Shown here: piece by piece, positions 1-11,168 of the stretch
Layout of the letters: each line of letters opens with the position of its first letter
Position numbering within the stretch: the first letter of the stretch is position 1
Source: Octopus vulgaris
Lineage: Eukaryota
Direction: 5' to 3'
Length of the DNA: 64,000 nt
Assembly (NCBI GenBank): GCA_951406725.2
Contig: OX597825.1
Location: forward strand, 60,884,001 to 60,948,000
The notes under the pieces: generated by a model
What the model saw: only the letters and a program-made list of their open reading frames with translations
Told to the model about the DNA's origin: nothing
Database searches by the model: none
Translations under genes and position numbers: made by a program

Positions 1-897
1 TATATATATTATATATATATATATGTATGCATGTACACACACACACGCATATATATAAATATGTATATATAGAGAGAAAGAGAGAAAGAGAAAGAGAGGG
101 AGGGAGAAACACTATATATATATATATGTAAAACATATATATATATGTGTATGTATAGTGTACAGTCGAGTACAGGGCAGAAAAATGAAATTAAATAAAT
201 TACGAGGGAATGTGAATGTATGTAATAAATTTCATTAGCTTACAGTCATTTTTTAACCTTTTGCTCTAATTAGAAGCTAGAGCATGAACATAAGTGGGCT
301 ATGTGGCCTACACAGACGTCTAGTGACTAGTGTGAAGATGATGACTTCACCATCTAGAGAACAACACACATTCAAATCATACTCTTTTCCCTTACGCTTG
401 TATGTAAGTGTAATCGAAATGGAAATTCTCGAGGCGGTACCTAGATGTGTTATAAGTTGATTCTTACCTAGTTTTCTTCAATTATAAATACATACACATA
501 CACAAACACACATATACACGTCCATAAGCATGTACACACACAGAGACACACACACATATATGCGTGTGGTGTGTGTGAGACAGTGAGGTAGACGTACATT
601 TAATTAGTAGATATATGAAAAAATCTTAACCTCTGTTTTAAGTATCTGTATGCGTATAAGATACTGTACGCGTAGGCAGATTGCGACTTTGCTGCACGGT
701 CTTTGAGAAATCTTAACCAATTCATCTTCAAATCACATTGTGACAGCATCGTTGTTATGGTTTCTACCACTCTACATCTATCTCCATTCTCATGTGTATT
801 TATACTCTTCATATAGTAGTTATTCATATACCTTTCTGAATCATATAAAAGAATAAAAGCATACATATATATGTATATGTCTCTCATTCTCACCCTG

Positions 898-1008
<111 letters not shown>

Positions 1009-1520
1009 TACAGGTGAAGTTATTCAGCTAAATAGTCATGTATAGCCATAAGTCAAATAGAATTAGACACCAGAACTCTGAACTGAAATGAAAAAATGAT
1101 TAAAGCAAAACGTGTATTTAGTACAGATATATTTCTATAGTGTCTTGCAGTACTTCTCTTCCTACCATTAGTTTACACATCAAAGTGGAATGTAGTAATA
1201 CAACGAAAGAAAACAATTTTATACAAGAATTTCTAAATTAAATTGAGGTTTAATTCAATAATAAGAAATGTTAGAGATTAAAATTTGAAGGACATTAATT
1301 TCGACGAATTCGTTGCAATATTTTATAGATGCATTAGACGAGATTTTAAGATCATTACCTCTAAGTTGTATATAACTACACACATATACACATATGCCTA
1401 TATGTGTGTATTTGCGTGTGTATGTGTGAGTGTGTGTGAGTGTGTGTGCATATGTATGTAAATATATATGTACATATACGTATATGTATATAAATATATA
1501 TATATATATACATAGGCGTG

Positions 1521-1558
<38 letters not shown>

Positions 1559-1813
1559 ATAATCAAGGATAAAGTCATTAAAAATTAATAATTGTATCAG
1601 TGGCCAGCATATAATAAAAGCCATAGAGGTAAAAATCAATATATGAATATATAATTATGTAGATATAATCATAATTAAGGGCACTTAAGGAACAGCACCT
1701 ATATGCTAGAAATAGACGTCGAATGACACTAAACCACTTTGAATTAGCTCTTTGTTAGCACAAGATTGAATGTGAGGAAAATGGATAAACATGTCGTAAA
1801 ATTATCATAGTTA

Positions 1814-1879
<66 letters not shown>

Positions 1880-1962
1880 TGTGAAAAGGAACACACGTGT
1901 TGAAATTTATGAAAAAGCAAGTAAAGATAGAAAATGCTAAAATAATTTTATAAAGAACATTT

Positions 1963-2000
1963 CAGTACCGGTTTCGGTCATTTTGAGACCTTTTCAACTG
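1963..2000 (-). ncRNA. Minimal hammerhead variant, U3-A8 core
   Basis: Minus strand reads CAG-TTGAAAA-GGTC-TCAAAAT-GACC-GAAA-C-CG-G-TA-CTG, with palindromic ACCGGT at stem III. Confidence 0.65.
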
Positions 2001-3841
2001 TAACGATTAAATAATTAAATTTAGAAAAATTAAAAGAAAAGTTTTTTAAAGGAATATTCGTATAGTGTTCAAAGTGGCATTTTCCTTATTTCTGCCTTTC
2101 TCTGTCTCTCTTGTTTGCACTTATGTGTTCGAGGTCGTTGAAAGGCAGAAACAGAGAAGAAGATCATCTTGGGTGGACGCGCGTCGTCTATTCGGACTAC
2201 ATGTCCGACCCACCGGAGCTGACTTGTTAAGATACGATACTTCTTTGTGCAACCGTGATGTACTACAAACCATATTACATGTTTTTATAAGTCAATACCC
2301 TGCACTACTGTATTAGCAGGGCACTTAAATCACATGTTAATGTCACCTTTACAGATTTTCTATTGAAATTATAGCTAGCACTTATTTTGTTATGAGGTAT
2401 TGTATCAGAGACTCCAAATGTAAACAAACAATGAAATTGAAGATGGGAAATGGGTAATGGGCGTATACGACATATTTTGTGAGTTTTTGCTCCTTTATCA
2501 TTACCACTCAAACCCAGTAATGGTCCACGAACTCATTGCTTAAATAGCCACTACATATAAGGGTGTAACGTTATTGGATATGGAAAACCAGTAGAGATGA
2601 CCTTATACGTGATTTAAGAGCACTACTAACACAGTAGTACACGGTATTGGCTTATAAAAACGTTCAATATACTTTGAAGTATATTATGGTTGCATAACGA
2701 AGTGTCGTGTCCCTGAAAGTCATTTATAGTTACGTACCGCTTCCAGGAATATATTTAATATGTAAATTAGCATATCCAATAATGTGCTGACTGTAATCCC
2801 ATGACAGCCGTGTGTGTGTATGTACGTATGTATGTGTGTCTGCATGTATGCAAGCACATTCTCATTTAAAAAATAATTTGAATTTTTTTCCTCTGAGAGA
2901 AAACTAGGCTCTCTGACACCCAGCTCTACCAGTAGAATTTAGTTCCTTGTTTAAGCTTTAGAAAACTTTACAATACTCCATTTATACTGTTCAAATACAG
3001 CATTATACCGTTACTTCCTTGATTTGAAAATCCTAACTTTTCCAAATTATATATGCATCTACCTTTTATTTATCCATTCAAATTTTTCTTATTAGGAATG
3101 AGCTGGTTTGGAACACAGAAAGAATGAATCCACTTACGTATGTATATGTGTCTACGAATGTATGTATAAACTTTGTTTTCCTTACTGATTGACATTTCGA
3201 TAGATTTTGTGTTCTTCTTTTACTTTTCTTTGGACTGGGCATCTAATCAGTAACAAGGTAGCAATGCTGAAAATAAAACATACATATATATTTTAAATAG
3301 TATGTATTTATGTAGAAATATGTGTCTTCGGAAGTATGTGTCGGCCACATCAACATTCAAAGTGTCTACATAATAAGCATATACCAACATGACAAATGAT
3401 AGGTTACATTCATTAAAATATCGCCGTAGAGGACTTACACAACCAAAAGTACAGAAGTACTTCGTTATATAAATTGAAGTGGCCCACTGACCAGGGATAT
3501 AAATAACTTGCTGATTACCCGAGGCAAATATCTCATGAATTGTTCATAAATATATTCTTTTACACTGTCTTTTGATGTGAATGTAATATCTCTGCTTAAC
3601 TAAAACGGACAACGCACTATTCATCTTTACTTTCTCTCTTTCAAACATAACTGCGCTGTATTTGATTTTCATTATCAGATCAATCTGTCAATATTTTTCT
3701 CGCTTTTATACTTAGATGTCTCTGTATATTTTTGTAAGTTAGGATGTGTGCATGCATACATGTATGTATGTATATATCACCCAGTCTTCTTCTCTCTTAC
3801 ACCCATATACACACACACACACACATATATATATATATGCT

Positions 3842-3884
<43 letters not shown>

Positions 3885-3946
3885 GTATATATGAAGAGAG
3901 AGAGAAATAGATACCGATATATACTTACATGTATATATATACATAC

Positions 3947-3980
<34 letters not shown>

Positions 3981-4023
3981 ATATTTATATATATATGCGC
4001 ACACACAAACATCTATATCTATC

Positions 4024-4063
<40 letters not shown>

Positions 4064-4108
4064 CGTGTGTATGTAGGTATACGTCCAATATGATACATTT
4101 TATGTGTT

Positions 4109-4158
<50 letters not shown>

Positions 4159-5229
4159 TATATAGATATGTATGCAAAAAGATACAGAGAGAAAGGGAAG
4201 AGATTGACGGGTAAGGGAGAGAGTGAGAGGGAAGGGGGAGAGGGAATGAGAGGCAGAGAGTGAAAGAGAGAGAGATCTCTACAAAATATTGATTATACAG
4301 AAATTCCTCCCAGGTTTCATGTCTTAATTAGTGCTTCATTAGACATTCATCAGCCGAAGCTTGTTTACTGAACTGGGAATCCATATTTGAAAAACTCTAT
4401 CCACTATTAGTATTACGTGGGTGACATAGTTAGAAAAACTGTCAGCCTTTGAAAGCAAAATTGATATATCCCAGAGAAATAAGAAAATATTCAAGTAGCA
4501 ATTTATGAAGAAAAATTGAATATAAATGAAATAAATCGAAAGACAAATGTAACAAAATGAAAAAAATAAATGCAATATATAGTAAAGGGTGATAGTGGGC
4601 TACGACGAAGCAGTAAAGACATACAAATTATAATCATTAAAGATGAAATACAGTTCACAAAAGTGAAGCAGAAATATGTACGTGTATAGCTATTTATATC
4701 TGATGTATAACATATTACCATATAAATAAATCCTGATGAGCTATTTTAGGATGGTAGTCGTGGTATGTTAGCTTAGACAAAAAATATTTTCAGAATGATT
4801 AGATTTTATAAGAACTTCAGGCTTGAATTTGAAGATTATTCAGTGTTAAGTTTCGTTTTTAAAATAAAGGCCTTTTTCAGCTGTACAAGGATCACATCTT
4901 TTAATTTAGTATTTTGAGTTCTCTAGTTATATCTAATCTAAAATTTCCAAGTATACAAAATATTTCCGATAAATGTTATAGCACATATTATATACATATA
5001 ATCAGTATAAGAAGCTACTCAATAAGACATTCTTAGTTTATATGAAATCCCATGCAAATCTTACAAAATTTTAGATATTGTGACGGAAAATATACCTCTC
5101 AAATTAAGAGTAGCTAAATACACGGTTCACATTACAATTAAGAATCATAATTAAAAGTTACTTTATCAACGCATGGGAAATATAATAAAACCTAAGTATA
5201 TATGAGATCAGATTAGATGGTAATGAAAA

Positions 5230-5830
5230 TTGTAGTTAAATTTAGCAAAAACATATAAAGACAATCAAAAATGGTACAATAACAAAACATGCATTTAATG
5301 ATATAATTTACCAATAACCTTAGTGATGGAGATAGATTTACCCAATTTGACATTACCGATCTTACTCTTGCTAAGAAACACAATGAAGAATATAATGAGA
5401 ATATAATATTTTCAAGATATTTGAAAATGCATGTCATAAAGATTTTAGGTAAAGACTCATTTTCATCCCACCATAGAGATCTTGTCAAGACACGGACGTA
5501 CAACAACGCCGAATTATATAACATTATAAGATTATGTAACATAGATATACGACAAATGCCAATAGACTTTCTCCAGCATTATCAGTGGATTAACTATAAC
5601 TAAATACGCCAGCAATAACATCTTCGACGTATTAAATGAAGAAGTACTTATCCAAGCATTCAGAATATTCGACCTAAAAATAACTATGGACATAAATTTA
5701 ACAATAGTTACCTTCTTAAATGTTATGCTAATTTAAACACTAATTTGCATAGATTCATAATTAAACCTGATAAAAATCTTTTCTATATAAACGTAGGTTC
5801 CTGCCACTATCCGAACTTTGAAAAAGTCTT
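5230..5830 (+). pseudogene. Penelope-like reverse transcriptase remnant
   Basis: Manual translation across frameshifts gives FTQFDITDL, RTYNNAELYNIIRL, DLKITMDINLTIVTFLNV and KPDKNLFYINVGSCHYP. These are colinear with PLE RT motifs FDI.DFYPS, MG.YD.AE, KITIE.N..V.FLDV and KP....YIN..SNHPP. Confidence 0.7.
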
Positions 5831-5969
5831 ATTAGTATCTTCAACATGGGGATTTTCTATTTGTCACTAAACGAGTTCCTACTAAAGCGGCTTCATACAT
5901 TTTTGAAGTCGCTGGATTCGCAGAGAAAGAACACTATAAGTCCAATATCATGAACCCTATCAAAGAATG

Positions 5970-6230
5970 TGGAGGTGCGTGGCTTAGTGGTTAGGGTGTT
6001 GAACTTATAATCATAAGGTTGTGGTTTCGATTCCTGGACCTGGCGATGCGTTGTGTTCTTGAGCAAAACACTTCATTTCACATTCTCCTGTCCACTCAGC
6101 AGGCAAAAATGTGTAATCCTGCGACGGACCGGCGTCCCGTCCATATGGGGAATTTCTACGCCACTGAAACCGGGAAACCGGCCTTTATGAGCCTGGCATG
6201 GCTCAAGAAGGAATATTTATTTATTTTTAT
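5970..6230 (+). mobile_element. tRNA-derived SINE, family C
   Basis: A box TGGCTTAGTGG and B box GTTTCGATTCC. Homologous to 15676-15930, with a (TTTA) tail. Confidence 0.8.
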
Positions 6231-6830
6231 CTAAGAATGGAGACCGTAACATTCTTTGATTTTGACACGTATTTTACTAGATACAGAAGAGCACATCAGT
6301 ACAATATCTGAAATTTTCACCGAGATATAGACATTTTAACAGATATTTCTTGCCTAATTGCATATACCATACTAAACAGTCCCACTAAAATTCTTTTACA
6401 GCTAATTACTGATTAAAATGTTTATATGCCGTGTATCTATTAAGATGTATTGAGTGTATTGCTTACTGACGGTATTTCGCATTTAGTACCCGAGAAATCA
6501 GTGTCTTCATGAAATACCCTCCTTTCATTCCTCCCCCACTCATTTTCTTATCCCACATACTTTAATCCGATCATATTTTGTTTAGTCTTTCATATATTTT
6601 CTAGTTTATTTTCTTTCTTCCGATAACATCTAAATAGAAATAAATGACTCATGCATCCTAAGATTTTCACCCGAAGCAATAATTAATTGTGGAGTTTAAG
6701 TTATTCTTCAAATTTGAATTCTCACGTGGAAGAAAACATACTGAGTCTGAAGAATGGCCAATTAACCAACAATAATACATGAAACTCGGGGTACATAACG
6801 TAGAATAAATATGTTTATATAAATATGTAT

Positions 6831-6876
<46 letters not shown>

Positions 6877-6914
6877 GTGAGTCTGTATGTGCATTTATGT
6901 ATAAATACACACAC

Positions 6915-6956
<42 letters not shown>

Positions 6957-7134
6957 AATATTAGGGAATAAATCCAAATTTACAGGGAAAAATCAGATTT
7001 AGGATTGAATCCAATTTTATAGTAAAATATTATATTATATTAAATTAGAGACAAAACCGCTATTATGCAAATCAAACAAAGAAAGACTTAAGCCAATACA
7101 TAAAATAATTTATATAATTAAATTTAATTAAAAT

Positions 7135-7192
7135 AACCACTACGATCGTTTCGTGTCAGCACTTCTATGAGATATTCATTCTTCAGGTGGTT
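7135..7192 (-). ncRNA. Minimal type I hammerhead ribozyme motif with weakened stem II
   Basis: Minus strand reads AACCAC-CTGAAGA-ATG...CAC-GAAA-C-GATC-G-TA-GTGGTT. Stem I is a perfect 6 bp; there is an A10.1-C11.1 mismatch. Confidence 0.65.
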
Positions 7193-7551
7193 TCAAAACT
7201 CAAAGTTGAAACCACAACCACTGTAACTTCAGCTGTTTTGTAGAAAGGTCAACTGTCTTTGATCTGATCACCTGGTCACTGTTTAAACAACAGCAGATAT
7301 TTAAATCAGATCAACATCCCCTTTACCCCATTTCTATAATTAGAAAACCTTTATTGTCTCCTCTCACTTGTTTTTCATTCTTAGAACCTTAAAGTAGTCT
7401 GGAACAATTGAATCTTAGTCAGTCAGTTGATGAGCTCCACTACATCAAATGTTCTTAAAATTTAAATCCACATCTTTGTCTATGTATCTACCTTCTCTAT
7501 AATGTTGCCACTTGATATGAAAATTTTTGTATTAATGGAAAACCTCTATAA

Positions 7552-7637
7552 TTGGCTGATGAGTGCTCAGCATTTTAAAACTGTTGTAATACTTACAACA
7601 TGTAATAAAATGATGTAGTACGAAACGATCGTACCAA
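7552..7637 (+). ncRNA. Minimal type I hammerhead ribozyme, canonical core
   Basis: TTGG-CTGATGA-GTGCT...AGTAC-GAAA-C-GATC-G-TA-CCAA. Stem II is extended by CATTTTA/TAAAATG and TGTTGTAA/TTACAACA. Predicted cleavage after A7633. Confidence 0.8.
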
Positions 7638-7665
7638 ATTACCGGGTTCATTCTCGTTGCTTATT

Positions 7666-7715
<50 letters not shown>

Positions 7716-8615
7716 ATTTATCTAGCTGTATATACATATAAGCATAAAGAACGGTTTATTTTAGAGAGCGAGAAAGAAAGAGAAAGAGAAAGTGAGAGAG
7801 AGAAAGAGGGAGAGAGTGGATAACATATAGAAGTAAGACCATTTTGTGTTCTATCTCGGAAAAGACAAGAGTTCGTTGGCCAATTTATTATCTGAAACAA
7901 TATTTAATTATTTCCCATAAATGAAATTACTACCATTTCCTCAATATATTAAATTAATTCTTAAATCCTCCAAACGAAAGCATGTTTGGGAATCTGGGAT
8001 TGTGGTTCCTGAAGCTAGACAAGAAGTGGTCAAATTTGGAAAATATCGTTAACAGAACAATTCGCAGAAGATTTCTAACAACATTCGCAGAAGATTTCTA
8101 ACAACATTCGCAAGGAGAAACACTTTTAATGTGAGTCGCGTAAGCGTACATAACACAAAAGTAAAAAAAAACACTCACACACGTACACACATGCACACAT
8201 ACACATATTCAATTGTACGCAGACAAAACAAGAATACATATACAATTTTATGAAGGCATATATTCGGCTCAAAATCATTGGGTTATGGACTAAATTCTGG
8301 GAACAAGCGGCTCGTGCTTGTATAGTCAAGTGACTACATTTCCTTTTGGCCATTTTGCTCATCTGTAAATATTACCATGTTCGTAGCCCTCTCTCACTCC
8401 AGTGTTACGATAAAGAATACTGAAGACAGAGACGTATGATAATAGAATATTCATTCTTATCGTAAACACCAAAATGTTGGTACTACGAACGACAAACACG
8501 GAGATAGTTCGAAGCTTACTCTTCTTAGACTAGGTAAGATAGTAATAGTTTTTAAGATGTTTGCTGGTCGTTGCATTTTGATATCGCCGTCCGTTCATTG
8601 TTTTTGCTTAGTCAC

Positions 8616-8696
<81 letters not shown>

Positions 8697-8938
8697 GCTA
8701 GCTATCTATCTATCTGTCTATCTGGACAGACAGACGCAAGTCAAATGGGCTCCAAGTAAGTTGGTCATTTTGTACGTTCAAAAGTGTTTATTGTCAAATA
8801 TTTTGTGTTTAAAAGTTGTGCAACAACATCCACTGCAAACCTTGATTAATATCTACACAAAATTTCGCCCTTTGTTGGCAAAATTTTAAAAATTCTCGGC
8901 AGCCTCGTGTTGTATTTTAGCCATTTTTATTTTTAAAA

Positions 8939-11118
8939 ATGGCTACTGGTCACCACGAGGCTGAGGCGCAACTGAAGCGTGACGCCAAAACAAAAATGCA
9001 TGATTCCCTGTCACCATGCGCTGAACTTGACTGTGTGAATGCTACTTACACTACCACCACCACAACCACCACCATCAGCATCGACAACAGCAACAACTAC
9101 AAAACAAAGGTCGCAAGGCCAAGCACCGTCACCGCCACCAATGATCCCACCATCAACACCGACACCACCACCATGTCAGCTTCTGCTACTACAACTGCTA
9201 CCTCAGCTAACGACACCACCACCAACAACAATAACAATACCAAGATTACCAGACCAATCACCATCACCGCCACCAAAGACCGTGCCGTCAATACCAATGC
9301 CGCCACTACAATATCTGCTACTACGACTGCCTCCCTTGCTACTAATACCACCGCCGCCACCAAGAACGACAATAACAACAACAACAACAATTCTCTTCAG
9401 CCATTGTTCCCTCCATCACCAACAAGTCAAGGAGAGAAAGAAATAACCGCGACCATCAAACGAGTTGCCGAAATTTGCGCTAATGCAGGGGCAAATTATA
9501 CAGACAACTTTCCACCCTTGATAGTTGCATAATCAGCAACCACAAACCTAATATACCTACAACCCACACCTCTGCCATCAACACCAACACCACCAGCAGT
9601 AACAACAATAACAAAACAACAACAAACTTCGCCGAGGCGATAATAGAAAAAAAGAATAATAGTATCGTTTACTGCACAGCAGATAAAAGACACCAGAGCC
9701 CTAATCACCAAAGATAACGGCAATTACCACAACACGTACTGAATGAGGAAAAAAAGAAAACGATTATTTATAAAATAACAAACAACACAACTAAAAGTCC
9801 AAAAAAAGCAAACACAAACAAAATAGAAAAATGCCTACGCCCCATCTGGGGATACAAAGAGTATGTGACTTGGTCGAACAAGTTTGCCCACGTACAGGTG
9901 GTTTTGCAGAATGAAGAGTTGGCAAAGCAATTCCCAACGCTAACTCTTCATTCAGATGAGCTAACAATGACACCCAGTTACCTTGGCCAGAGGGTAACAA
10001 AGGTCATTATCAATAATGTCCCGCAAATAACAAACACACTATGGATAACATCCGCCATATGCGTCGAAATGGAGGACATAAACATCCTGCAAATCGCTGT
10101 TTCGAAACACAAGGACTGGGTGGAAAAGAGACTGGAGATTCTCCTCCACATAAGCCAAGACGACATTAACAAAATACCCACCCACATACATCTTGCGGAA
10201 GACCACAAGTTGTATGTAGTAGTCGAGGGCAGAAGGCCACGCTGCTATACATGCGGCAGTAAAACACCTCAAAAAGGAGTGCAAATTTGCCGCGAAACAA
10301 CGACAACAACGACACAACAACAGCCGCAGGAAAAACCACAAAAGCCAGCATTATTGCCCACACCACAGTATGGACGGCTAATGAAGAAGCTATATGCAGA
10401 AATGCATGAAAAGCAACAAAGAACGGACCAACCCAACCAAACAACACCACCACCTGCGCCAAGAACAGAATCAACACCACCAACAACAACTAAACCAATT
10501 CCAATACCGAGAACAACAACGAAGAAGACAAGCACCAAGGATGTAGAAGAGACAATCACCACACCAAACCCCCCAGCAACACCCTCCGCACACCACAACA
10601 ATATCTACAACCACACAAACAGACCCAGATACTTTGCCCTTACCCTCTTCTGATTCGTCAGATTTTTCATCTAACGATGAAAGTTCGACAGAATGGCAAA
10701 TAGCCACCGGGGGTAAAAGAAAAAGATTAAAAAACAAACAAACAGGAAAACGCAACCAAAGCGGGGAGATATCTAAACCCACAAAGCTCCATACACAACC
10801 AAACAAGCACCAACACCACAAAAAACACACACAATACTATCAGCGATAGACACCAAAGACTCCAAACTAGTGGAGTACATCACAGCCCACACAAACATCT
10901 GTGAAGATGACTTCAAAACTAACAACCATCCACGCACTACACCACCCAAACACATCAAAATACTACACATCACACTAACACAACACCACACACTCAAAGC
11001 CCTCTTTCCAAATGAGGTTGGGGGGTTCCAAAAATATCTCTCGAAAACACTCTATAAAAACCTTCTCCAAGACACATCAAAGGACGAGGAAGCCAAAACT
11101 TTCGACACAAGGAAGTAA
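8939..11118 (+). pseudogene. LINE ORF1 (gag-like), broken by stops and frameshifts
   Basis: Chain of ORFs 8939-9532, 9865-10653, 10634-10849 and 10870-11118. Contains Thr/Asn-rich low complexity and VVVEGRRPRCYTCGSK. Restoring a 2-bp deletion gives a CX2CX4HX4C knuckle, CYTCGSKTHLKKEC (inference). Confidence 0.7.
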
Positions 11119-11168
11119 CTCTCTGTACCTTCCCTTTTGTGTTTTAAAGCACACACCCCAATAGAATC

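Larger units (their letters stand above)
6953..7667. mobile_element. Non-coding (TA)n-flanked element with hammerheads on both strands (PLE-derived or retrozyme-like)
   Basis: Bounded by (TA)n at about 6918-6952 and 7668-7710. Contains hammerheads at 7135-7192 (-) and 7552-7637 (+). No ORF of 60 aa or more. Confidence 0.55.

Noticed and set aside
235-285. Decayed minus-strand hammerhead-like pattern flanked by AGCT
   Set aside because: Both core segments are too degenerate to support.
8061-8112. 23-bp tandem repeat, about 2.3 copies
   Set aside because: Ordinary slippage duplication. Likewise 25006-25073 and 58640-58760.
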